The notes under the pieces were generated by a model. That model did not search any database and was not told the origin of the DNA. It was given only the letters and a program-made list of their open reading frames with translations. Position numbers and translations under genes: made by a program. Positions 9,656 to 17,384 of a stretch of DNA of 32,000 nucleotides are shown here, piece by piece. Numbering within the stretch: the stretch's first letter is position 1; the number at the start of each line of letters is the position of its first letter. Origin of the DNA: Candidatus Saganbacteria bacterium (GTDB lineage: Bacteria > Margulisbacteria > WOR-1 > JAKLHX01); NCBI GenBank assembly GCA_026387835.1, contig JAPLKZ010000007.1:156218-188217 (forward strand), given 5' to 3'.

Positions 9656-10498
9656 ATGACAAAGAAGATAGGCTACCTGGGGCCTGAAGGTACGTTTTCC
9701 GAAGAAGCGGGGCAGGTATATTTAAAAAAACTTGAAACTAAAGCCGACCTGGTGCCGATGCCTACTTTCCATGATGTCTTATTTGCCGTTGACAGGGAAG
9801 AGGTTGACGAGGGGATAGTCCCTGTAGAGAACTCGATCGAAGGTACTGTCGGCGTCGTGCAGGATATGCTCGCGAAAGAAGTGGACCTGAAGATCAAAGG
9901 CGAGATCATACTGCCGGTGCATCAAAGCTTGATGGCAAAAAAAGATATCACGCTATCTGAAATAAAGGAAGTGATATCGTTCACCCAGCCGATCGAACAG
10001 TGCAGGACGTGGCTGAGGAAAAATCTGCCGCACGCAAAGATCCGGTTTTCGTCCAGCACTTCGGAAGCGGCAAGAACAGCGGCTTCCTCCGCGGAGGAAG
10101 GGATCGCGGCAATAGGTTCATCGGGATCCGCTAAGATCTACGGGTTAAAAGTGCTTCTGAAGGACATCACGGATTACAGCGATAATGCGACCAGGTTCAT
10201 CGTGCTTTCAAAGACCGACCATAAACCGACGGGCAGTGACAAGACATCAATAGTGTTTTCTGTGATCGCCGATAAGCCGGGAGGCCTTTTTGCCGTGCTT
10301 GGCGAGTTCGCGTCAAGGGGGATAAACCTGACCAAGATCGAGTCACGCCCCTCCAAGAAAGCGCTCGGGGATTACTTTTTCTTTGTCGACATGGAGGGAC
10401 ACCGTAAGGACAAAATGATATCCGAAGCGGTCTCCGATATTACGAATAAAGTGGCGTTCCTGAAGATACTGGGTTCTTATCCAAAAGGGGGTGCGTGA
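9656..10498 (+). CDS. pheA: Prephenate dehydratase with C-terminal ACT domain
   Basis: 280 aa with IGYLGPEGTFSEEA, NATRFIVLS and INLTKIESRPSKKALGDYFFFVDMEGH. Confidence 0.9.
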   Translation: MTKKIGYLGPEGTFSEEAGQVYLKKLETKADLVPMPTFHDVLFAVDREEVDEGIVPVENSIEGTVGVVQDMLAKEVDLKIKGEIILPVHQSLMAKKDITLSEIKEVISFTQPIEQCRTWLRKNLPHAKIRFSSSTSEAARTAASSAEEGIAAIGSSGSAKIYGLKVLLKDITDYSDNATRFIVLSKTDHKPTGSDKTSIVFSVIADKPGGLFAVLGEFASRGINLTKIESRPSKKALGDYFFFVDMEGHRKDKMISEAVSDITNKVAFLKILGSYPKGGA

Positions 10499-10499
10499 T

Positions 10500-10805
10500 A
10501 TGTCCGGCAGAAGCAGGCTTTCTTTTGGCGGATTCTTTCTCGGGGCTGCGGTCGCGGGCGCCGTCGCGGCGCTTTTTACGCCTTTTTCGGGTAAAGAATT
10601 GCGGGAAAAAGTAAAAGAAAAGGTAGACGAGGCAAAAAAAGGATGCGGCGACACGGCCGAGGACATCAGGCATAACAGCGATGAAGCAATAAGCGGCACT
10701 ATCAGTTCCATAGAGGAAGGCATAAACAGGCTGACAGAAGCCATAACCGAAGCACAGAAAGCTGCCGAGGAAAAGCGGGAAGAATTAACCGGAGGTGAAC
10801 AATGA
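10500..10805 (+). CDS. YtxH-domain small membrane-associated protein
   Basis: An N-terminal Gly-zipper helix followed by the YtxH signature (FFLGAAVAGAVAALFTPFSGKELREKVKEKV), then a charged helical tail. ATG 10500 lies 9 nt after AAAGGGGG. GTG 10491 is an alternative start. Confidence 0.7.
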   Translation: MSGRSRLSFGGFFLGAAVAGAVAALFTPFSGKELREKVKEKVDEAKKGCGDTAEDIRHNSDEAISGTISSIEEGINRLTEAITEAQKAAEEKREELTGGEQ

Positions 10806-11185
10806 ACATCAATCTTGTCCTGATCATATGTCTGGTCGCGGTCACCATAGGTATCCTGGTAATGATAGCCTACGTTATAATGCTTCTGTCACATGTCAGG
10901 AGGATCCTCAAGCCGGTGGACAAGATGCTGAACGACCTCAGCGCCGAGTTCCGGCCGCTTTTAAACGATATGTCTGGCATATCGGGTTCGGTCAATAGTT
11001 TTCTCGGCCGGTTTGACAGGATAACGGGGCTGGTGTTCGGGAAGCTCGACATGATGGCTCAGGGTATGGAAAAAGCAAACACTTATGTCCAGCGGTTCGT
11101 GAAAAATCCGAAGGTCGAGATCGAGAGCATAGGCGCCGGCCTCAAAAAAGCTGCTCAGATATTATTTAGAAAGAAAGGAGAGTGA
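10802..11185 (+). CDS. DUF948-like single-pass membrane protein
   Basis: 127 aa with an N-terminal TM helix (LVLIICLVAVTIGILVMIAYVIMLL) followed by helical repeats (KPVDKMLNDLSAEFRPLLNDMSGISGSVNSFLGRFDRITG), typical of DUF948. A GGAGG Shine-Dalgarno sequence is present, and the start overlaps the upstream stop (ATGA). Confidence 0.65.
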   Translation: MNINLVLIICLVAVTIGILVMIAYVIMLLSHVRRILKPVDKMLNDLSAEFRPLLNDMSGISGSVNSFLGRFDRITGLVFGKLDMMAQGMEKANTYVQRFVKNPKVEIESIGAGLKKAAQILFRKKGE

Positions 11186-11188
11186 GAT

Positions 11189-11398
11189 ATGGGTAAGATC
11201 AAAAGTTTCCTCACGGGCGGGATGGTCGGAGCGGTGATCGGGATGCTGTTCGCTCCGCAGAAGGGTGACGAGTCCAGAAAAAAGCTCCAGGAAGAAAGCG
11301 ACAAATGGAGCCCTAAAATAAAAGAGATGGCGGCAGGAGCGAAAGACACCGCGCAAAAGACTATCGATAAAGCCAAGGAAATATTCGGCAAAAAATAA
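11189..11398 (+). CDS. YtxH-domain small protein (second copy)
   Basis: 69 aa with FLTGGMVGAVIGMLFAPQKGDESRKKLQEE. AAAGGAGAG Shine-Dalgarno sequence upstream. Confidence 0.7.
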   Translation: MGKIKSFLTGGMVGAVIGMLFAPQKGDESRKKLQEESDKWSPKIKEMAAGAKDTAQKTIDKAKEIFGKK

Positions 11399-12507
11399 TG
11401 GCTAATCTCGGCCTCGCGGTCGATATCGGCTCGACGAATATCGCCGGTTTCATGATAGACCTTGACAAGAGAAAGGATCATTTTTCTCTGTCGATAAAGA
11501 ACAGCCAGGCTTCCCACGGATCTGACGTGGTAAGCCGGCTGACTTTCGCTTCTCAAAAACAGGACAATGTCAAAGCCCTTCAAAAACAGGTCGTCACCGA
11601 TCTTAACAACCTCATTTTTGCTCTTTCAAAAAGACTTCACATCAACAGAAAGCGGCTCAGCAAAATAATCGTTTCAGGCAACACGATAATGCTGCACCTG
11701 CTGCTTGGTTTGGATATATCAGGATTTCTGAAATACCCGTTCAAGTCGGAGATCAAAGGTCCTGTTGAAATAAATGCCGAGGAAATCGGAGTAGTCGCTT
11801 CAAAAAAAACAAAACTAATAACACTGTCTGTTATTTCACCGTATGTTGGAGCGGATGTCGTTTCCGGGATCTTATACACAGGAATGCATAAGCTTTCCGG
11901 CAGGAAGCTGCTGATAGACCTAGGGACAAACGCTGAAATCGTTCTTGGCAACAAAGACCGTTTGATCGCGGCTTCAGCCGCGGCAGGCCCTGCATTTAAA
12001 GGGAAAGATATCGTTCTTGGATCGGAGATAATATCATCGGTTGCGAGGATGTTAAAAAACGGACTTATAGATAAAAACGGGAATTTAAAACAATCAAAAG
12101 GGAACCCTCTCCCTTTGGGAGAGGGGAAGGGTGAGGGTTGTAAGGTCCTTTCCCAAGACGACATCCGCTCTTTTCAGCTGGCTAAAGGCGCTGTCAGAGC
12201 CGGTATCGAAATATTAATGGAAAAATACGGGATCAACCTTTCCGATGTCAAAAAAATACTGATCGCCGGCCTGTTCGGAAAAAAGATCGACAGGCAGGAT
12301 GCTATTACAACAGGTTTGATCCCTTCAGTCCCAAGAACAACTGTCCGGGCAATAGGCAATTCATCTTTAGGCGGGGCGAAAAAAGTTCTGCTCGACCCCG
12401 GATTACTTGAAGAAGTAAAACAGATCGCAAAAACAGCCGAGCCCGTAGAACTTTCTTTGGAAAAAGGTTACCAGGAAAGATTTATTTTCCGTATAAACTT
12501 TGATTGA
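11398..12507 (+). CDS. Stand-alone ASKHA-fold ATPase of the DUF4445 / RACo C-terminal type. It has no ferredoxin domain.
   Basis: 369 aa with LAVDIGSTNIAGFMIDL, HGSDVVSRL, VSGNTIMLHLLLGL, PYVGADVVSGIL, LLIDLGTNAEIVLG, ASAAAGPAFKG, DDIRSFQLAKGAVRAGIEIL, IAGLFGKKI and IGNSSLGGA. The start overlaps the upstream stop (TAATG). Confidence 0.7.
   Translation: MANLGLAVDIGSTNIAGFMIDLDKRKDHFSLSIKNSQASHGSDVVSRLTFASQKQDNVKALQKQVVTDLNNLIFALSKRLHINRKRLSKIIVSGNTIMLHLLLGLDISGFLKYPFKSEIKGPVEINAEEIGVVASKKTKLITLSVISPYVGADVVSGILYTGMHKLSGRKLLIDLGTNAEIVLGNKDRLIAASAAAGPAFKGKDIVLGSEIISSVARMLKNGLIDKNGNLKQSKGNPLPLGEGKGEGCKVLSQDDIRSFQLAKGAVRAGIEILMEKYGINLSDVKKILIAGLFGKKIDRQDAITTGLIPSVPRTTVRAIGNSSLGGAKKVLLDPGLLEEVKQIAKTAEPVELSLEKGYQERFIFRINFD
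12103..12139. repeat. GC-rich nested palindromic element inside the DUF4445 CDS
   Basis: ccctctccc (12105-12113), ttt, gggagaggg (12117-12125) form a perfect 9-bp hairpin. An outer pair is aaccctc (12103-12109) with gagggtt (12133-12139). The element is translated as NPLPLGEGKGEG. Confidence 0.6.
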
Positions 12508-12523
12508 TCCTCGGGCCCGATCA

Positions 12524-12853
12524 TCACGGTAAGTCGCGGAATTTCTCGGGGAGCTTATTGAGCAGGTTTTCCTTATCAAGTTCGCATATCATAGCCGATC
12601 TGATATTTGTCGAGATAAATCTGCAGCACTCTTTAAATCCCATTATCCATCTGGCCTGAAAACCTGCTGATATTGAATCTTCAAACATAGAAACGATCTT
12701 TTGTTTCCCGAAGCCGTTCTTTGATACCGCGTTGGCAATGCTTGCCAGCTTGATCGCTCTTTGTATGGGATGCTCTATCCTTCTCGAAGCCCTTATTACC
12801 TTCAATATCTTTTTTTTCTGTAATATCTCAAGATCCTTGGTTATGTCTCCCAT
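12524..12853 (-). CDS. Hypothetical 109-aa helical protein, possibly a diverged four-helix-bundle (23S rRNA IVS / Avd-like, TIGR02436-type) protein
   Basis: It is the only minus-strand gene between two long plus-strand arrays. A GGAAGG Shine-Dalgarno sequence lies 7 nt upstream. There is loose similarity by eye to the four-helix-bundle family (DLEILQKK.. and ..QRAIKLASIANAVSKNGFGKQKIVSMFEDSISAGFQA versus the family pattern DLxVWQKA / QLxRAxxSIxxNIAEGxGR..EFxxFLxIAxGSxxE). The assignment is tentative. Confidence 0.55.
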   Translation of the reverse strand: MGDITKDLEILQKKKILKVIRASRRIEHPIQRAIKLASIANAVSKNGFGKQKIVSMFEDSISAGFQARWIMGFKECCRFISTNIRSAMICELDKENLLNKLPEKFRDLP

Positions 12854-12964
12854 GATACCCTTCCTTTAAACAGGGTCCTTGCGGTCTGTTATGCTATCCC
12901 CCCTGTATATATTTATCGTCAAATATTCGGTGGAATTCCGCTTATTATTGCCCATTCCGCCTTG

Positions 12965-12973
12965 TGCTATAAT
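12965..12973 (+). promoter_or_regulatory. Extended -10 promoter element TGcTATAAT upstream of argS
   Basis: tgc (12965-12967) plus tataat (12968-12973). A possible -35 ttattg lies 17 nt upstream. Only 8 nt separate the hexamer from the argS ATG (12982), and no Shine-Dalgarno sequence is present. Confidence 0.5.
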
Positions 12974-12981
12974 CGCTGTAT

Positions 12982-14556
12982 ATGCGGGAAAGAATAATAG
13001 AAATCATAAGGTCTGCAACTGGGATAAACGAAATCGACCTGGAGGTCCCGAAAGAAAAAAAATTCGGGGACTTTTCGACGAATATCGCGATGTCGGCCGC
13101 AAAATTACAGGGTAAAAATTCCAGAGAGACGGCAAACGACTTTAAGAAAAAAATAGAAGATAATGATAAACAAAACCTCATTAAAAAAGTAGAAATTGCC
13201 GGCCCCGGCTTTATTAATCTGTTCATCAATGATGCCGAAATAAATGCCGGGCTTAACGGGATAATCAGAGAAGGCGGCGCGTACGGGGCAAATAATACAG
13301 GCAACGGTAAAAAGGTCCTGATAGAGTTTGTCAGCGCCAATCCGACGGGGCCTCTTCATATAGGCCACGGCAGGTGGGCGGTGATCGGGAGCTCGCTGGC
13401 AGAAATACTAAAGGCGAACGGATACAGCGTAGAAACAGAGTTTTATGTCAACAATATCGGCCGGCAGGTGGATCTTTTGGTGGAATCGGTGCTTTCATCA
13501 GTAAAAGATCTTGAGATTCCTGAGGGAGGGTACGGCGGAAGTTATGTCAAGGATATAGCGGAAGAAATTAAAAAGGAAGCTCCTGAAGATGTCAAACAAT
13601 ATATCTTTGACAGGATCATATGCGGGCAGAAACAGACTCTCCTTGACGCAGGGGTGGAGTTTGACAACTGGTTCTTTGAGAACACGCTCCACGAGAACGG
13701 AGCTGTCGCAAAGACGATAGAGCGTCTGAAGAAGAACGATATGACTTACGAAAAAGACGGTGCCGTCTGGTTCAGGTCAGAGCAGTTCGGGGATGACAAG
13801 GACAGGGTCCTTGTGAGGGAGAACGGGGAGCCTACATACTTTACGGCTGATATAGCGTATCACAGCGATAAGTTCAAAAGAGGCTATGACCTTCTCATCA
13901 ATGTGTGGGGCACCGACCATCACGGTTATGTGAAAAGACTGCAGTCGGCGATGGAAGCCCTGAAGCTGCCCAGCCACAGGCTGGAAATAATAATCGGCCA
14001 GCTTGTGACCCTTTACCGGGGAAAAGAACCTGTCAGGATGTCAAAAAGGACCGGCGAGATGATAACCCTTAAAGAAGTGATAGATGAGATCGGCTGCGAC
14101 GCGGCAAGGTTCTTCCTTCTGATGACGGGGGCGGACACGCACATGGACTTTGACCTGGAGCTGGCCAAGAAAAGATCTCTGGACAATCCGGTATACTATA
14201 TCCAGTACGCTTACGCGAGGATATGCAATATCCTGAAGAACAGCGTTGTCCCGGTCCCTCAACCTGAGCAGGCAGATCTCAGCCTTTTGAAAGAAGAAGC
14301 CGAAAGGGATATCATCCTGAAACTGACGGAGTATCCCAAAGAGCTTGAAGAAGCGGCAAAGGCGATGCAGCCGCACCATCTCGTAAGGTATTTAAGGCAG
14401 GTCGCTTCCCTTTTTCATTCCTATTACCACAAGTGCAGGGTGATATGCGAGGACAAAGAGGTCATGAAAGCAAGGCTTCTTTTGATAGAATCCACTCGAA
14501 TAGTGCTCTTAAACGTGTTAAAATTATTAAAAGTTTCGGCACCTGAAAGGATGTAA
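12982..14556 (+). CDS. argS: Arginine--tRNA ligase
   Basis: 524 aa with an N-terminal Add-1-like region (FGDFSTNIAM), the class I HIGH motif (SANPTGPLHIGHGR), the KMSK-like MSKRTGE, and a C-terminal anticodon-binding region. Confidence 0.93.
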   Translation: MRERIIEIIRSATGINEIDLEVPKEKKFGDFSTNIAMSAAKLQGKNSRETANDFKKKIEDNDKQNLIKKVEIAGPGFINLFINDAEINAGLNGIIREGGAYGANNTGNGKKVLIEFVSANPTGPLHIGHGRWAVIGSSLAEILKANGYSVETEFYVNNIGRQVDLLVESVLSSVKDLEIPEGGYGGSYVKDIAEEIKKEAPEDVKQYIFDRIICGQKQTLLDAGVEFDNWFFENTLHENGAVAKTIERLKKNDMTYEKDGAVWFRSEQFGDDKDRVLVRENGEPTYFTADIAYHSDKFKRGYDLLINVWGTDHHGYVKRLQSAMEALKLPSHRLEIIIGQLVTLYRGKEPVRMSKRTGEMITLKEVIDEIGCDAARFFLLMTGADTHMDFDLELAKKRSLDNPVYYIQYAYARICNILKNSVVPVPQPEQADLSLLKEEAERDIILKLTEYPKELEEAAKAMQPHHLVRYLRQVASLFHSYYHKCRVICEDKEVMKARLLLIESTRIVLLNVLKLLKVSAPERM

Positions 14557-14560
14557 TAAA

Positions 14561-15472
14561 ATGAAAGAATGTTTTTTTGAAGGAAATTTCGTCCCTTTTG
14601 AGAAGGCGAACATCTCGATAATGACGCACGCGTTCAATTACGGCACCGCGGTCTTTGAAGGAATACGCGGATACTGGAACCCCGAAAAGAAACAGAAATT
14701 CATACTGAAGCTTTCAGAGCATTACGAGCGTCTTTTAAGGTCGTGCAGGGTCATCAGGATAGAATCAAAATACTCCCTCAGGGAACTTTGCGACATAACG
14801 ATCGACCTAGTCAGAAGGAATAATTACAGAGAAGATATCTATATCAGGCCTTTAGCATATAAATCAACGAAAAAAATAGGCCTCGGGCTTGTCGGGGTCG
14901 AAGATGACCTGTGCATATTCCTGTCACCTTTCGGCGACTACCTTGATATCTCCAAGGGCATACGCGTCTGCACCTCTTCGTGGAGAAGGCTGGATGATAT
15001 GGCGATACCGACGCGGGCAAAGATAACAGGGTCTTATATCAATTCTTCCCTGGCGAAATCGGAAGCGATCGAAGGCGGGTTCGAGGAAGCTATAATGCTC
15101 TCGCATGACGGGCACGTCTCCGAGGGCAGCGGCGAGAATATTTTTATGGTCAGGGACGGAAAGCTTATAACACCGGTAGTCACCGACAATATCCTTGAAG
15201 GCATCACAAGAGGCTGTATAATACAGCTTGCAAAGGATAAGCTCGGGATAGATGTCATTGAGCGGTCGGTCGACAGGTCGGAGTTATATATTGCCGATGA
15301 ACTTTTCTTTGTCGGCACAGGCGCTCAGGTCTCTCCGATCATAGAGGTCGACAGGCGTGTCGTCGGAAACGGCCAGATGGGCCCCATGACATCAAAACTG
15401 CAGAAAGCCTATTTTGCCGCTGCAAGAGGGGACGACCATACATATAAAGACTGGATCACGCCGGTATATTGA
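14561..15472 (+). CDS. ilvE: Branched-chain amino acid aminotransferase (fold type IV PLP)
   Basis: 303 aa with FEGIRGYWNPEKKQ, AKITGSYINSSLAKSEA, EGSGENIFMV, ILEGITR and ELFFVGTGAQVSPI. Confidence 0.88.
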   Translation: MKECFFEGNFVPFEKANISIMTHAFNYGTAVFEGIRGYWNPEKKQKFILKLSEHYERLLRSCRVIRIESKYSLRELCDITIDLVRRNNYREDIYIRPLAYKSTKKIGLGLVGVEDDLCIFLSPFGDYLDISKGIRVCTSSWRRLDDMAIPTRAKITGSYINSSLAKSEAIEGGFEEAIMLSHDGHVSEGSGENIFMVRDGKLITPVVTDNILEGITRGCIIQLAKDKLGIDVIERSVDRSELYIADELFFVGTGAQVSPIIEVDRRVVGNGQMGPMTSKLQKAYFAAARGDDHTYKDWITPVY

Positions 15473-15480
15473 TCATATAA

Positions 15481-15831
15481 ATGATAAAAGGGATCGGCAT
15501 TGATATAGTTGAGATCGAGCGGATAAAGAACGCTGTCAAGCGCCACGGCGATAAATTTCTCAATAGAGTGTACACTTCTTCGGAACTGTCTTATTGCAAA
15601 AAGTTCAGCAAGTTCCGGTTTCCCGAGCTGTCGGTGCGCTTCGCGGCAAAAGAAGCGTACGCAAAAGCGATAGGCACGGGGATGAACGGCATCCACTGGA
15701 GACAGATAGAGGTGCGCAACGATAAAAAAGGCAAGCCGTATCTTAAGCTCAACGGCAGGACAGTGAAAAAGGCGCACGTCACGCTTTCTCACAGCAGGGA
15801 TTACGGCGTGGCATGCGTGGTGCTGGAATGA
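15481..15831 (+). CDS. acpS: Holo-[acyl-carrier-protein] synthase
   Basis: 116 aa with MIKGIGIDIVEIERI, RFAAKEAYAKA and the C-terminal LSHSRDYGVACVVLE. Confidence 0.9.
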   Translation: MIKGIGIDIVEIERIKNAVKRHGDKFLNRVYTSSELSYCKKFSKFRFPELSVRFAAKEAYAKAIGTGMNGIHWRQIEVRNDKKGKPYLKLNGRTVKKAHVTLSHSRDYGVACVVLE

Positions 15832-17384
15832 GATCGATCTCAACAGCCGAGATGAAACGTATCGATGCCCGGGCCATCAATGACCTCGGCATCCCTCAGA
15901 TCGTCCTGATGGAAAATGCCGGGTTAAGGGTCATGGAGGCGATAAAAGAAAACTACGGCATCCCGGAAAGCGCTGTAGTCGTATGCGGTAAAGGCAGCAA
16001 CGGCGGGGACGCCGCCGTTATAGCAAGGCATCTGTACAACAGCGGTTGTGACGTCTCGGTATTTCTCGCCGGTTCTAAAAGCGATCTAAAAAAAGGCGCA
16101 AGAATAAACTTTCAGGCAGCCAAAAATATCGGCATCAATATTGCCGAGATAACTAAAAAAACACAGCTCGAGATCCTTTATGATGAGCTTCAAAATACCG
16201 GTATAGTGATCGACGGGCTGTTCGGCATAGGCCTCAACAGTGATGTGAAAGGCTTGCACGCCGAGATCATCGATCTGATAAATAATAATAGAAAACGCGG
16301 ATATAAGACCGTTTCGGTCGATATACCTTCGGGGCTTGATTCTGATACCGGCAAAATAAGAGGACGCTGTGTCGAAGCGGATATGACGGTGACGTTCCAC
16401 CTGCCGAAAACAGGGATGTTAAAAAACAGCGGACCGGAAAAGTCAGGGAAAATAGTAGTAGGGGATATTTCCATACCTTATACAGGCCCAAGATCACAGG
16501 ATCTAAGCCTTAAAAAAATCGCAAATCGCAGATCGCAAACCGCAAAAAACAAAAACCTGACAGATATTGTTTTTGTAAAAGAAAGACTTCCGAAGAGAAA
16601 AAAGGATTCAAATAAAGGAGATAACGGACGGGTACTGATAATCGCCGGATCAGAAAACATGGCCGGAGCGGCGATCCTGACGTCAAAGGCCGCTTTAAGG
16701 GCAGGCTCCGGATCAGTATATTTATCTATACCCGGATCGATCCGGTCGAATATAAATAAAGCAGTACCTGAAGCTATAACTTATTTTGACCTTAAGGTCT
16801 CCGAAATTAAAAAGATGAAATTAGATGCGATCGCCGTCGGTCCCGGTATAGGCCAGGGGAAAAGAGAGTTTGTAAAAAAACTTATTAAAGCCGACCTGCC
16901 TTGTCCCATGGTGATCGATGCTGACGGTCTGAACTCGATTGCCGGCGAGCCGAAGGTCCTTCTTTCAAGGACATTCCCGACCGTAATAACTCCGCATCCC
17001 GGAGAAATGGCAAGGCTAATAAAGACGACCGCTTCAAAAATCCAGTCTGACAGGACAGGCAATGCTGTGAGGTTTGCAAGAAAAAACAATGTCATCGTAG
17101 TGTTAAAAGGTTTTAATACTATTATTTCCGACCAGAGAGGCGGATATTTTATTAATCCCACGGGAAACCCCGGAATGGCTTCCGCGGGCGCGGGAGATGT
17201 TCTGACCGGGATCATCGTCTCGTTGATAGGGCAGGGGATGGAGACATTTGATGCGGCCGTATGCGGGGCTTATATACACGGCTTGTCCGGCGACCTGGCG
17301 GCGAAAGAAAAAGGCAGGATAGGTATCATAGCTTCTGATATAATTGAGGCAATAACGGGAGCTTTAAAATGCGTTTCGGCCTGA
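15828..17384 (+). CDS. nnr: Bifunctional NAD(P)H-hydrate repair enzyme (YjeF_N epimerase plus YjeF_C ADP-dependent dehydratase)
   Basis: N-domain: CGKGSNGGDAAVIARHL and VDGLFGIGL. C-domain: KGDNGRVLIIAGSENMAGAAILT, VGPGIGQ, VIDADGL and GNPGMASAGAGDVLTG. ATG 15828 overlaps the acpS TGA (ATGA). The ORF track also allows 15813. Confidence 0.9.
   Translation: MRSISTAEMKRIDARAINDLGIPQIVLMENAGLRVMEAIKENYGIPESAVVVCGKGSNGGDAAVIARHLYNSGCDVSVFLAGSKSDLKKGARINFQAAKNIGINIAEITKKTQLEILYDELQNTGIVIDGLFGIGLNSDVKGLHAEIIDLINNNRKRGYKTVSVDIPSGLDSDTGKIRGRCVEADMTVTFHLPKTGMLKNSGPEKSGKIVVGDISIPYTGPRSQDLSLKKIANRRSQTAKNKNLTDIVFVKERLPKRKKDSNKGDNGRVLIIAGSENMAGAAILTSKAALRAGSGSVYLSIPGSIRSNINKAVPEAITYFDLKVSEIKKMKLDAIAVGPGIGQGKREFVKKLIKADLPCPMVIDADGLNSIAGEPKVLLSRTFPTVITPHPGEMARLIKTTASKIQSDRTGNAVRFARKNNVIVVLKGFNTIISDQRGGYFINPTGNPGMASAGAGDVLTGIIVSLIGQGMETFDAAVCGAYIHGLSGDLAAKEKGRIGIIASDIIEAITGALKCVSA
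16517..16544. repeat. Tandem heptanucleotide repeat (AATCGCA-like, 4 copies) in the nnr interdomain linker
   Basis: aatcgca / aatcgca / gatcgca / aaccgca at 16517-16544, decaying into an A-rich tail. It encodes part of KKIANRRSQTAKNKN between the two Nnr domains. Confidence 0.7.

Noticed and set aside
12511-12520. Palindrome tcgggcccga between the convergent DUF4445 and orphan genes, considered as a bidirectional terminator
   Set aside because: It is a 10-nt perfect palindrome with no loop and no flanking T or A runs. It can form at most a 3-bp stem and is too weak to call a terminator.
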